Shown: one piece after another, positions 1 through 10,175 of the stretch
Layout: every line of letters starts with the position of its first letter
How positions within the stretch are numbered: position 1 is the first letter of the stretch
Assembly (NCBI GenBank): GCA_030603385.1
Contig: JAUVXW010000002.1
Span: 32,001-96,000 of the forward strand
Direction: 5' to 3'
DNA: 64,000 nucleotides
Origin: Promethearchaeota archaeon
GTDB lineage: Archaea; Asgardarchaeota; Lokiarchaeia; Sigyniarchaeales; SOKP01
Notes under the pieces: generated by a model
What the model was told of the DNA's origin: nothing
The model's database searches: none
The model's input: only the letters and a program-made list of their open reading frames with translations
Program-made: the position numbers and the translations under genes

Positions 1-156
1 AAAGATGAGGGTGTTGCGGTGGTTCCAGGATCTAGTTTCTATAATAACAAAAACAATAATAAAAATCCGGGATCTGATTATGTTAGATTCTCAATTTCAC
101 AAAAATTAGAAACATTAAAACAAGCTATAGAACGAATTAAGAGAAAACTAATTTGA
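1..156 (+). CDS. 3' end of class I/II PLP-dependent aminotransferase (partial)
   Basis: Frame 1 reads KDEGVAVVPGSSF...YVRFSISQKLETLKQAIERIKR to TGA at 154-156; typical aminotransferase C-terminus. Confidence 0.8.
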   Translation, partial: KDEGVAVVPGSSFYNNKNNNKNPGSDYVRFSISQKLETLKQAIERIKRKLI

Positions 157-206
157 AAATTGATTGACTATTCTTATTTTTATAAATTCATATTATTTTA
201 TCTCAT

Positions 207-347
207 ATGCCAGAAGAGGCAATTAATAACGAGAAAAAGTATAGAATCATAATATATCATGGTCACCTTCACAAAATTCCTATAGATAAAAATAGAGAAG
301 AACTTCAAGAGAAAGAAGTGGTAATAAAAAAAGAATCATTTAAATGA
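207..347 (+). CDS. small hypothetical protein (46 aa)
   Basis: ATG-TGA ORF MPEEAINNEKKYRIIIYHGHLHKIPID..., below the ORF-track cutoff; no homology recognised. Confidence 0.35.
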   Translation: MPEEAINNEKKYRIIIYHGHLHKIPIDKNREELQEKEVVIKKESFK

Positions 348-529
348 GAGACTATCTAAAAAATTTCAGTATCTTTTTATTTATTAGAAGATCCATATAA
401 ATTAATCATTTTTACTTCTAAATTGATTTATAAGAGGTTAAGGAATTAAAGAAGTTGAAAAGGATTAAATGAAATCTTTCATTTTTTGGGATTACTTAAA
501 TTGAATTAAAACATATGAGGATTTTTTAA

Positions 530-1027
530 ATGGGTGAACAGATTAAATTGTTAAAAGAAAGAAGAAGTATAAGAAGTTATGATTCAAAGCCAATTGAAGA
601 TGAAATATTAACTCAAATTCTTGAAACAGCGCGGTGGTGTATGAGTGCCAGAAATAAGCAACCGTGGACATTTTATGTCATTAGAAATAAAGATTTAATT
701 CAGAGAATTGCAAAGGAATGTACTACTGGTCCCTTTGCTTCAGGAGCTCCTCTATTGATAGCAATTGTTGGAGATAAGGAATTATCACCAAATTGGTATC
801 TTCATGATACCTGTTTTGTTTCATTACAATTAGCTTTAGCTGCGTGGTCATATGGTATTGGAACATGTTGGATTGGGAGAATAAATAGAGATAATGTAAA
901 AAATCTATTAAACCTTAAAGAAAGCGATGATTTATTAACCGTCCTACCATTAGGATATCCAAAGGGAAAGATTCCTAAACCAATACCTCGAAAATCATTA
1001 GAAGAAATCGTAAAATATATAGATTAG
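530..1027 (+). CDS. nitroreductase family protein
   Basis: RRSIRSY, SARNKQPW, GIGTCWIG motifs. Confidence 0.9.
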   Translation: MGEQIKLLKERRSIRSYDSKPIEDEILTQILETARWCMSARNKQPWTFYVIRNKDLIQRIAKECTTGPFASGAPLLIAIVGDKELSPNWYLHDTCFVSLQLALAAWSYGIGTCWIGRINRDNVKNLLNLKESDDLLTVLPLGYPKGKIPKPIPRKSLEEIVKYID

Positions 1028-1066
1028 TTTCTAATTCTCTATATTTTTTTCTAAAAACATATAAAA

Positions 1067-2029
1067 CTAGCTATTTTTCAAAATTTCTTTGAATAATGAA
1101 TTATTAATATTTCCTCCACTTATTACCGCTACTACATTTTTATTTCTCAACTTCTTTTTTTCCTCAAGAATATAAGCAACAACCGTAGCTCCTGCTCCTT
1201 CAACGATTTGACCTTCTATTTTCCACAGGAGACTGATTGCTTTCTTGACACTTTCCTCGTCTACCAAAACAATTTCATCTACATATTTTTGTATTATTTC
1301 AAAAGTAATAGCATCAGATTCAAGTCCACCTAACAAACCCTCTGCTATAGTATTAAATTCTTCGATATCTACGATTTTACCCGCTTTCCAAGATTCATAC
1401 ATAGTTGAAGCCCCTTTAGTTTGAACACCAATTATTTTAATATTTGGATTTAGCGATTTGGCGGCAAAGGCTATCCCTGAGATTAAACCACCCCCTCCGA
1501 TGGGAACAATTATTATATTCGCATTTTTAAGTTCCTTATAGATTTCAAGAGCGATTGTTCCCTGACCCGCTATAATGTTAATATCATTGTATGGACTGAT
1601 ATATGTTAGATTCTCTCGTACAGATAAATTTCTTGCTTTCGTCTCAATTTCATCGAAATCTCCATCTTGAATAATTATAACATCGTATTGTTTGATTCTA
1701 TTTAATTTAACTTCAGAAATATTAATAGGGACTACAATTTTAGCAGGAATTCCTAAATGTTTTGCTGCTAAAGCTATTCCTTGAGCATGGTTTCCCGATG
1801 AGGCTGTAATAATTCCACGAGTCTTTTCCTCTGAACTCAATTGTAACATTCGGTTCAAAGCTCCACGAATTTTAAAGGCATTAGTGAGTTGTAAATTCTC
1901 CAGCTTCAAATAAACATTATTATGGCATAATTCACTGAGATATGCTGAACGAATGAGAGGCGTCTTTCTAACAAATCCTTTAATCTTATGATATGCTTCT
2001 TTTATTACTTCTAAATGCAAACTGTTCAT
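1067..2029 (-). CDS. threonine/serine dehydratase (PLP-dependent)
   Basis: LKLENLQ..AFKIRGA, ASSGNHAQG, PIGGGGLISG, ISGGN. Confidence 0.9.
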   Translation of the reverse strand: MNSLHLEVIKEAYHKIKGFVRKTPLIRSAYLSELCHNNVYLKLENLQLTNAFKIRGALNRMLQLSSEEKTRGIITASSGNHAQGIALAAKHLGIPAKIVVPINISEVKLNRIKQYDVIIIQDGDFDEIETKARNLSVRENLTYISPYNDINIIAGQGTIALEIYKELKNANIIIVPIGGGGLISGIAFAAKSLNPNIKIIGVQTKGASTMYESWKAGKIVDIEEFNTIAEGLLGGLESDAITFEIIQKYVDEIVLVDEESVKKAISLLWKIEGQIVEGAGATVVAYILEEKKKLRNKNVVAVISGGNINNSLFKEILKNS

Positions 2030-2225
2030 TTTTACACTTTCCGATCTCCTTCAATTTTCAAACATAAAATCACATTATTTAAGAATGGATTTAATAATAA
2101 TGATATCACATTGAAAAAAGATAAAAATTTTTAGGATCCAATTAAAATTTAAAAATTGGGATAAAAAATTAATATTTTTAAAATCTTGATTAATTGTAGA
2201 AAGAACTAAAACCATAAAAATCGAA

Positions 2226-3023
2226 TTGAATGGTGAAAATAACAATATGTTAGAAAAGATATTGAATCTTCGTGATTATGTTCAAAAACTTGAAGATATT
2301 TCAGAGAATATAATAAATCACTTAAACTCCCTCAAAGATTTGGATGATTCAACTAGAAACATATGGACCTCAGATGTTAAGGAATTTTTCCATAATACCG
2401 TTTCTGCTTGGGAAGTGTTAACAACAATCACAGAAGGAGAACCTAATTTGAAAAATATTGACAATTCAAAAAGTTTCTTATATGCTGCTAGAAATCATTT
2501 ATCTAAAATAATAAGTGAACTTAAAATTTTTCCTAGTCTAAAAACATCAATCCTTATTGAAAAAGCTTTCAAAGAATGTTGGGATGCATTTTGGATTGTG
2601 CTTAAAAATCTATTACTTGAAAAGGAAATTGTGAAACCTACTAAAAGAGTTATTAAAGTCTCTGATTTAGAATATCACCTACCTTGTTCTGTGTGTGGTA
2701 AAAGTGCTGTCGAATTTAGAATTGGATATGGAAGATTAGATGAGAAAGAATCACTAGTTTTTAGAGGTATTACTCTTGAAACGTCTCTAAATGTTAAATT
2801 GGCAAATATGTTATTTAAGATTCTGCAGAAAAAAGACCTGCTAGGTGTTCATAATTTTATGAAAAAGTATCATTCATTTGAAGGAGTGGATGCGTATTGT
2901 CCCGAATGTGATAAGATCTATTGTTGGGAGCATTACAATGCAAGAGAAGAATATGATGATGGTTTCTATGATTGTACTTATGGTGAATGCCCAAAGGGTC
3001 ATAAAAGGATGATTGATGATTAA
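2226..3023 (+). CDS. hypothetical protein with C-terminal Cys/His zinc-binding domain
   Basis: CSVC ... CPECDKIYCWEH ... CPKGH. Confidence 0.7.
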   Translation: MNGENNNMLEKILNLRDYVQKLEDISENIINHLNSLKDLDDSTRNIWTSDVKEFFHNTVSAWEVLTTITEGEPNLKNIDNSKSFLYAARNHLSKIISELKIFPSLKTSILIEKAFKECWDAFWIVLKNLLLEKEIVKPTKRVIKVSDLEYHLPCSVCGKSAVEFRIGYGRLDEKESLVFRGITLETSLNVKLANMLFKILQKKDLLGVHNFMKKYHSFEGVDAYCPECDKIYCWEHYNAREEYDDGFYDCTYGECPKGHKRMIDD

Positions 3024-3119
3024 ACCTTCTAATTAACAAATGGAATTTAATGATAAAGTTAAAATTTTGTTAATACTTAAACTTATCAAGTTTTTAAAAT
3101 AAAACTGAGAGATAATATT

Positions 3120-3635
3120 ATGGATTTTTATGAAGTAGTTAAAATGAGAAGAAGTTTTCGGGTCTATAAACCAGATATGCCTGAAAAAGAAAAGATTGAA
3201 AGAATTTTAGAGGCTGCTCGTTTAGGACCTACTTGGGCTAATGGTCAACCTTGCTCGTACATTGTAGTTCAAGAACCAGAGAATGTTAAAGCAATATGGG
3301 AAGCAGTCGGACAAATGCAAAAGTTTGCTGAAGCACCCATGTTTATAGTCGGAGTTGTTTCTGAAAAAGCTTCTGGAACTAACTCAAATGGCGAGAAATA
3401 TTATGGTGTAGATTTTGGTATTTGTTTTGAACATTTAATATTAGCCGCTACAGCTGAAGGTTTAGCAACGTGCTGGATTGGATGGTTTAATGAAAAGAAA
3501 GTAAAAGAAGCATTAACTATTCCGGATAAATACAGAGTTATGGGTTTAACACCACTGGGATATTCTGTAAAGTCTAAAGGTGAAATCACCGATCGTAAAC
3601 CTTTGGAAAAAATAGTACATTACGAAAAATTCTAA
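3120..3635 (+). CDS. nitroreductase family protein
   Basis: RRSFRVY, PTWANGQP, GLATCWIG. Confidence 0.9.
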   Translation: MDFYEVVKMRRSFRVYKPDMPEKEKIERILEAARLGPTWANGQPCSYIVVQEPENVKAIWEAVGQMQKFAEAPMFIVGVVSEKASGTNSNGEKYYGVDFGICFEHLILAATAEGLATCWIGWFNEKKVKEALTIPDKYRVMGLTPLGYSVKSKGEITDRKPLEKIVHYEKF

Positions 3636-3673
3636 TAAATATTTTTTTTATTTGAATTTAAGGTAAGAATAAT

Positions 3674-3871
3674 TTGAGAGAACGAGAATGCTTTAAGTGT
3701 GGAAAAGTGCTGGATTTTGAAAGTTTTATTAAAAATGTCAGTCCAAATGATACAGAAAAATTAACGAATATTTGGGATAGTAATTATGTTGAATTCTATT
3801 GTTGTCGTTGTTATAGTTTTAAGATTAAATACCAACCTCACAACGATATAGACGAATTTTCTTATTATTAG
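3674..3871 (+). CDS. small zinc-finger-like protein
   Basis: CFKC ... YCCRC; SD-like AAGGT upstream of TTG. Confidence 0.6.
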   Translation: MRERECFKCGKVLDFESFIKNVSPNDTEKLTNIWDSNYVEFYCCRCYSFKIKYQPHNDIDEFSYY

Positions 3872-3895
3872 CAACTCGTTTTATTGAAAAAAATA

Positions 3896-4303
3896 CTAGG
3901 TTGTCTTGAGTTCTTTTAGTATTTCTTCTAATATTTGTATAACACGTTCTTTATGCGTATATAACGCATTAGGATAGTTATAGCTAAACGTGCGCCAATA
4001 CGGACGCTTATGACCGATTTTAAACTTGACTCCTTTCATTGAGGTTATATAAGAGTTCTCATCAATTTTAGTAGCTATTTGATCAGCGATAATATACCAA
4101 TGAAATTTCGTTTTTCTGGTAGCTCCTGTATTCTTAGGAGCAGGTGTTATTCTTGTTTTAAGACTGTCAAATGTAAAGGTCCATTTGTCAGGAGCTTTTT
4201 TGGTTTCAAACCATTTTCCATTATTGTAATTCCAAGAATGAGAGCCTCCAACTTTCATTCCTGTATAAATTTTCTTATCGTGAATCTTAAAAGTATCATA
4301 CAT
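3896..4303 (-). CDS. conserved hypothetical protein
   Basis: YTGMKVGGSHSWNY...HWYIIADQ...GHKR; coherent ATG-TAG ORF. Confidence 0.7.
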   Translation of the reverse strand: MYDTFKIHDKKIYTGMKVGGSHSWNYNNGKWFETKKAPDKWTFTFDSLKTRITPAPKNTGATRKTKFHWYIIADQIATKIDENSYITSMKGVKFKIGHKRPYWRTFSYNYPNALYTHKERVIQILEEILKELKTT

Positions 4304-4471
4304 TTTAGTTTCTTAATTACATTACTTTTATTAAAATATCATGAATCAAAAAATTAGCACTGTTTAAATACACTTAAAGACTAATGATTTTTTGTTTACA
4401 TCTGAAATTGAATTATCCTTGAATCTCCAACTAAAAATAATAAATGAAAAAATTGAATTTGTAGTTTAAGG

Positions 4472-4912
4472 CTATTGCTTGGTACTCCACTCATACTTTT
4501 TTGGACCAGCAAATAACAAAAGTATTGCAGGGATTAATATTGGTAAACCGCCCCACCATGTGAATATTTCAAGGATTATTCCCCAAAAAAGCATCCATGG
4601 AAATCTTAAACTTCCCATATCAATTACCCAATTCAATAGAAAATCCCAATCTTTATCTACACATTTATCTGAAAAATTCGGTTTAATAATCGTATATGAT
4701 ATTAAAACAGTAATAATTCCACCTATAATCATCCAAATAAAATATCCTATTCCAAATCCAAATAAAAAAGTTCCAACCGTTACAGCACCCCAAATTCCCC
4801 ATATAACATAGATAACGCCACTTAAAATTCCGATAATCCATGCCCATTTCCCAAGATCAGAAACGGATTTTTCGTATTTTGACCAATTAGGATTTCCTTC
4901 TTCAGTTCCCAT
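4472..4912 (-). CDS. hypothetical membrane protein
   Basis: about 4 hydrophobic Trp/Gly-rich segments; GGTGA SD upstream. Confidence 0.7.
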   Translation of the reverse strand: MGTEEGNPNWSKYEKSVSDLGKWAWIIGILSGVIYVIWGIWGAVTVGTFLFGFGIGYFIWMIIGGIITVLISYTIIKPNFSDKCVDKDWDFLLNWVIDMGSLRFPWMLFWGIILEIFTWWGGLPILIPAILLLFAGPKKYEWSTKQ

Positions 4913-5059
4913 ATTCTTATCACCTTTTTTTGTACTTAACTATCTTAACGAATTAGTTACAATATATTAAGCATGTAAATATTTAAAGAATGTTAAGGAA
5001 TTGGTGATGAGGAAATTCAACTTGCTTTTAATTTCGAATCCGTCAAAATAATAATTCCT

Positions 5060-6517
5060 TTAAGAACTTGTTTCTAATATCTCTCCTACATAATAAAAGC
5101 CAACTAAATTACCCCTTCTTTCAAATTTCCGCGAAACTAATAAGATAATTACATGTTCATTTTCATCAAGCAAATTAATATCAACAGCGTGTTTTACAGA
5201 TTGTTCTATTATTTCTTCAGCATCCATATTGAAAAAATTAATTTTTTCTATATAGACCGGCTGCACTCCCCAAACAAGCCCTAATTCTCGCGCTGTTCTG
5301 ATTGATGGAGTAATTGCAACAATTGGTAAAGGGGGGCGATATTTAGCTATCATTCGTGCACCATACCCCCTCCTAGTAATTACTAAAATTTTCCCTCGAA
5401 AATTTAATTCTTGCATTTCTGCTGCTAAAGAATAAATTGCATGTCCTAAAGTTTGTGTATGTGTTAGCCTATCAGAGTCAAATTCATCTGGAACCCTCAG
5501 GGGCATATTCTCAGTTGCAGTTTTAGCAATCTGATTCATGTATTGTACCGCGTTAATGGGAAATTTACCGACAGCCGTTTCACCCGAGAGCATCACAGCA
5601 TCACTCCCATCAAAAACGGCATTAAATACATCATTGGCTTCTGCACGAGTAGGGATAGGTGTGTTAATCATAGATTCGAGCATTTGAGTTGCAACAATGA
5701 CAGGTTTTCCTTCCCTATTACATTTGTAAATCATATCTTTTTGTACTAAGGGTACTTTATCAGGGGCAATTTCCACACCTAAATCGCCTCGAGCCACCAT
5801 TATTCCATCACTTACTTCCAGTATCGAATCAAAATTATCTAAAGCAATAGGTCTTTCAATTTTAGAAATGAGTTTAATATTTTCATTACCATAATTTTCA
5901 AGTATTTTTTTCACATGAAGGATATCACTACTGTCTGAGACAAAAGAAATTGCTACATATTCTGGATCTAATTCAGCAATAAGTTTTAAATCTTTAATAT
6001 CTTTTTCTGTAGGAACTCTTTGCTGTAATTCTCCTTTTGGTATATTAACACCTTTTCTATTGCTAATTATTCCACCTGCTAAGACTTCTCCGATAATATG
6101 ATCTTCTGCTTTATTTTTTACAATAATCTTGATAATCCCATCATTTATAAAAAATACATTTCCAACTCTCATAGACCTTAAAAATCCATCTAATGGTATC
6201 GAGAACTGATCTTGATCTCCTTCAATTTCTTTCTCAAAGACTTTTACTTCTTGGCCAATGTTTAAATTATAGGCATTCTCATCTTTGAATACCCCAACTC
6301 TTATTTTTGGGCCTTGGATATCGGTTAAAATCCCAACATAATTATCAATCTCTCTAATTTTTTTAACCAATTCTCTTTTCTCGTCATGTGTCCCATGTGA
6401 GAAGTTTAAACGGAATATATCTACTCCAGCATCAGATAACTTTTTTAGCATTTGTTTAGAGCTGGAGGCAGGCCCAAGCGTACTAACAATTTTGACTGTA
6501 TTCTCTCTAAACGACAT
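5060..6517 (-). CDS. pyk: pyruvate kinase
   Basis: KIVSTLGP, RLNFSHG, DIQGPKIR, MVARGDLG, ATQMLESM, MLSGETA; ATG at 6517 preferred over GTG at 6547. Confidence 0.97.
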   Translation of the reverse strand: MSFRENTVKIVSTLGPASSSKQMLKKLSDAGVDIFRLNFSHGTHDEKRELVKKIREIDNYVGILTDIQGPKIRVGVFKDENAYNLNIGQEVKVFEKEIEGDQDQFSIPLDGFLRSMRVGNVFFINDGIIKIIVKNKAEDHIIGEVLAGGIISNRKGVNIPKGELQQRVPTEKDIKDLKLIAELDPEYVAISFVSDSSDILHVKKILENYGNENIKLISKIERPIALDNFDSILEVSDGIMVARGDLGVEIAPDKVPLVQKDMIYKCNREGKPVIVATQMLESMINTPIPTRAEANDVFNAVFDGSDAVMLSGETAVGKFPINAVQYMNQIAKTATENMPLRVPDEFDSDRLTHTQTLGHAIYSLAAEMQELNFRGKILVITRRGYGARMIAKYRPPLPIVAITPSIRTARELGLVWGVQPVYIEKINFFNMDAEEIIEQSVKHAVDINLLDENEHVIILLVSRKFERRGNLVGFYYVGEILETSS

Positions 6518-6596
6518 TTTGATACATTTCCTTGATTTTATTAACACTTTAGGATATAAAAATAATTAATATTATTATTGTGTTTACCCTTAAAAA

Positions 6597-7067
6597 TTAT
6601 TCATTTTCTACAAGTTTTTTTAATCTTACTAATTTTTCTCGAAAGTCTTTCCTAAATGCTTTTAATACTTCAATAGAATTGCTATAATCTGTTGGGTTTT
6701 TAATTTCTTTCATAGATAATAATTGAGTTCTTAAGGTTTTAGGATAAATAGAATACTGAATTAACTTTAATCCATTTTTAATAGCAAATTCTTTTGCAAG
6801 CTGGACTAATAAATCAGAACTATTACCGGCAAGTGTAATCGTTAAAAAATATCGTAATTTTGGTTGTTTTAAATGATTTTGTACGATAAAAAAGTAAAAT
6901 TTCTTAATAACTTCATTCATATCATATATTGATTTTACTGGTAAAGCAAGAAGGGTATTGCCAACGATTTCAGCTATTGGTGCTTTTTTTCCCCTAATTT
7001 TTTTAATATCTTTTATTACTTCGCTCTCAACAAAAGATTTTAATTCTTTTTCACTGAAGATTGGCAT
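6597..7067 (-). CDS. hypothetical protein
   Basis: 156-aa ATG ORF, no recognised motif. Confidence 0.65.
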   Translation of the reverse strand: MPIFSEKELKSFVESEVIKDIKKIRGKKAPIAEIVGNTLLALPVKSIYDMNEVIKKFYFFIVQNHLKQPKLRYFLTITLAGNSSDLLVQLAKEFAIKNGLKLIQYSIYPKTLRTQLLSMKEIKNPTDYSNSIEVLKAFRKDFREKLVRLKKLVENE

Positions 7068-7368
7068 ATTTTTTGTAGTTATTTTTTAGTATATATCAAT
7101 ATCTTAATTATTTTTTTAAAACTTCTTTTTAATTAAAAAATAGACTGTTTTCTTTAAATACTTTAAATATAAAGTTCGAATTTGTAATGTAAAGATATAA
7201 ATATGTAAAATTGTTACTAACTAACTGATATCAATATTTACCGACAATAAACAACAATTCTCTATTAGAGAATTCAGAGCAATATAAAGCACATTAATAG
7301 TTTCTATATTTGAGGGTTTCATTCATTTTAGTTTTTAACAAATTTACATAAAATATTGTTGTAAAAAT

Positions 7369-7581
7369 ATGGCAGTAATCCCCGCAGTAGAAGAAGATCA
7401 TATAGCAATACAGAAATTTATCGATTGGGATAAATGTCGGAATACATTTTACAACAACATGTACTTAGATAACTGGAAAATTGTAATAAAGATGCCACTT
7501 ATTCCAAGAGAAGACTCAGAAGATAATTTAAAAATAAAAAAATTTGACCTTGAGAAGTACATTTTTTTGTGCTCTTACTGA
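7369..7581 (+). CDS. small hypothetical protein
   Basis: 70-aa ATG ORF only. Confidence 0.45.
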   Translation: MAVIPAVEEDHIAIQKFIDWDKCRNTFYNNMYLDNWKIVIKMPLIPREDSEDNLKIKKFDLEKYIFLCSY

Positions 7582-7582
7582 T

Positions 7583-7720
7583 TTATTTCTTAGATTTTTC
7601 CTTTTTGTCTTTAATGTAATTATTCCAGCACTTAAAACACATATATGAACTACCATCTTCTCCTAAGACTAAATCTTTGGTAGATCGAATCATTCCACAA
7701 ATATTACATTTTTTCAACAT
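7583..7720 (-). CDS. small CxxC...CxxC zinc-ribbon protein (45 aa)
   Basis: Manual translation MLKKCNICGMIRSTKDLVLGEDGSSYMCFKCWNNYIKDKKEKSKK; missed by ORF track. Confidence 0.6.
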   Translation of the reverse strand: MLKKCNICGMIRSTKDLVLGEDGSSYMCFKCWNNYIKDKKEKSKK

Positions 7721-7771
7721 AACTAATAAAAATTTTATGGTGATTAACCTTACTGAAAAATAAAGAATAAA

Positions 7772-8413
7772 TTAAGTAAACTTTATCCATGCTTCGCAAG
7801 TCCGAAGAGCTGTATACTTTTGAAGTTTTTCGGTTGCAGAATCAATCTCTTCTTGAGTCATAAAATATTTTTTAATTCCTTGTTTTTTGAGATCTTCAAT
7901 TTTTTTGTCAATAGCACTCACTATCATACTTGAAAGTTTTTTTGAATATTTAGCACTTTTATCTTTAAGGGTGGTATCATTAATTTCAAGAGATTTTAAC
8001 TCATCAATATATCCTTGTTTATCCAGGTTATCTAATTTATATTGTAAGAAACTAATGCTTTGCTCACGCAATTGTAAAGCTTCATTTACAAAACGGCCAT
8101 GATCTCTCGACCTACCTCTGAAAACCTGGATGGTATCCCAAGTTATTATTATCAAAATCAATAAAGCGAAAATGTCTGTGAAAAAGATATAAATTCTAAA
8201 TTCTGTAAAACTGCTAGAAAATGCCGTAAAAATTAATGAGCTTGCAGCAATAAAGCTTAAAATTAACATTAGCAATATTTTAATCTTCCGGTTTTTATCA
8301 GATTTATCCCATAATATTAAATGGGTAGCTTCTACATCAATTGAGCGATTATACGCAACTTTAATTTTAGCTATAGAAAGTTCTTTCAATTCTTCTAACT
8401 CATTTTCCATCAT
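7772..8413 (-). CDS. two-TM membrane protein, SLATT-like architecture
   Basis: N-terminal helix, two TM segments, then RSRDH...ALQLRE amphipathic helix. Confidence 0.55.
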   Translation of the reverse strand: MMENELEELKELSIAKIKVAYNRSIDVEATHLILWDKSDKNRKIKILLMLILSFIAASSLIFTAFSSSFTEFRIYIFFTDIFALLILIIITWDTIQVFRGRSRDHGRFVNEALQLREQSISFLQYKLDNLDKQGYIDELKSLEINDTTLKDKSAKYSKKLSSMIVSAIDKKIEDLKKQGIKKYFMTQEEIDSATEKLQKYTALRTCEAWIKFT

Positions 8414-8580
8414 TATACCCCCATATTTCGTGTGAGGTTAGATATTAATTCAAGATAAAATTTGTTGCTTTTATTTATTATAAAGATTTATTCTTATTCT
8501 ATTAAAAATTTTAACTCAAGAATCATTGCATATATTTATAATAAAAAATATTTCAATTTAATAATATAAAGAGGTAAGAA

Positions 8581-8802
8581 ATCAATATAGATATTGGAAG
8601 TATTGAATCAGGTAATATCGTGTTGAAAGTTTTGACTACCAATGAAGTAAGTCTTACTATTTTACCCAAGGCGAATTTAGTAGATAAAATTAAATATCCT
8701 GGGGCAGCTGCAAATAGAGCCAAGGGAGAACATGGTTTATCTATGATGGCGCGACATCCATCTCATACTATAGGAGTTACTGGGACAGAATTTCATTTAT
8801 AG
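8581..8802 (+). pseudogene. internally deleted MBL-fold metallo-hydrolase remnant
   Basis: GEHGLSM N-terminal motif joined directly to a C-terminus-like GVTGTEFHL; no HxHxDH. Confidence 0.5.
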
Positions 8803-8904
8803 CTATAAAGTAAGAAGTAAATGAAAAAGATTAACAAATTTTATTATTATTTTTCTAATCTCGAAAGCCATAGTAAGTTTCATATTTTATTTATATCAAG
8901 CTCT

Positions 8905-9795
8905 TTAAATTAGGGCTGACATGTCTTTACAATTCTGAATGATACGAAGCAGATCCCTAATTTTGTCTTTATCGTTATGTCCTAAGTTCTCCATTATTTC
9001 GTTAGCTTTTACCACTAGTTTGTCTTTTTTCAACCAACTATAAAATGCTAATTTATCATTTTTATTTAAAAAAGCATCCATTACTTCTTTATAATATTGT
9101 TCAGCTTCTTTATAGAAGCCAAGAACTCCTTTACTTAAGCGGAATTGTTTTAAGGTTTCAGCTAACTCAACTGCTTTCTCAGAAAACATACGATAATCCA
9201 TTGCTTCAAGAGGGGTAAATTCGCTATTTGACGAAATATAAACTCCCGTTCTGAGATAAGTTCTAATATGAATGACTAATATGAAGTAAAACCTTTTTAA
9301 TTGCTCGAAATTATCGTCTAAATCATCTATTGATTTGTTTTCTAGATCTTCAAACATATTGGCTACTAAATATAATAAACGTTGAACTAATTTTTTAGTG
9401 GGAATCTCCTTATAACCAAAATTTTGAATAATTATCCTTTGGTTAGTTTCTTCAATAATTTCAGTATTTGGGAGTCTATTGACATATTTCCTAATATATT
9501 TTTTCAAGACCTTATTAATTTCTGTATCCGATATTATAGTTATGTTTGTTTGACCCGCAAGACTTTTTTTTAATATTTCCCAAATCACAAATTCATTCGC
9601 TTCTAAAACAATCTCATCTTTTATGACCTCACTTGCGTGTTCCATTTTTGGCATAATTAATAATGTCCCATCATTTTGCACTTCCATACCAATCGATGAA
9701 CCCGCGTTTAATTCATAGTTCTCAGTCCATTTTTTGGGTAAACTGATGACTAGCGAACCCCCTATTTTTTGTAGTTTTCTATAAATTCTTTCCAT
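8905..9795 (-). CDS. AbrB/MazE-domain PhoU-like phosphate uptake regulator
   Basis: MERIYRKLQKIGGSLVISLPKKW AbrB N-terminus plus PhoU-like helices; ATG at 9795, the upstream ORF extension looks non-coding. Confidence 0.8.
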   Translation of the reverse strand: MERIYRKLQKIGGSLVISLPKKWTENYELNAGSSIGMEVQNDGTLLIMPKMEHASEVIKDEIVLEANEFVIWEILKKSLAGQTNITIISDTEINKVLKKYIRKYVNRLPNTEIIEETNQRIIIQNFGYKEIPTKKLVQRLLYLVANMFEDLENKSIDDLDDNFEQLKRFYFILVIHIRTYLRTGVYISSNSEFTPLEAMDYRMFSEKAVELAETLKQFRLSKGVLGFYKEAEQYYKEVMDAFLNKNDKLAFYSWLKKDKLVVKANEIMENLGHNDKDKIRDLLRIIQNCKDMSALI

Positions 9796-10175
9796 AATAA
9801 TATAATAAATTAAAATAATATATACTTTTTTATCTAGTATATATATTATATACCATAAGTTTATACATGAGTTTATATTTTTATAACTTAGAAAATAAAA
9901 AAAGATGTGATTAAACAAAATGTCATTATTTGATATATTTAACCCCAAAAAAAGTAAGAAAAAGTTAGAAGAGCTCAAAATAACGCTTCAATTTAACCCA
10001 CTCTATTTTAAGGAAATGGAAGCGCTTAAATTAAATAGAGATCTTAAAGCTTATGCGTAAATAACTTTTTTTCCTTATATTTTTAATTTACTTATTTTGA
10101 ACTTATAACTGAGTTAATTTTGAAAGTAGTTTCAATATTCAAAATTGAAGAATAAAATTGAAAATAAAGGAATAT

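Noticed and set aside
9796-9978. 60-aa N-terminal extension of the AbrB/PhoU ORF
   Set aside because: Ile/Tyr/Phe-rich translation of AT-rich promoter DNA; the domain starts at ATG 9795.
9984-10024. CGCTTCAATTT/AAATGGAAGCG hairpin between thiolase and the PhoU-like gene
   Set aside because: Short and imperfect, with no additional support.
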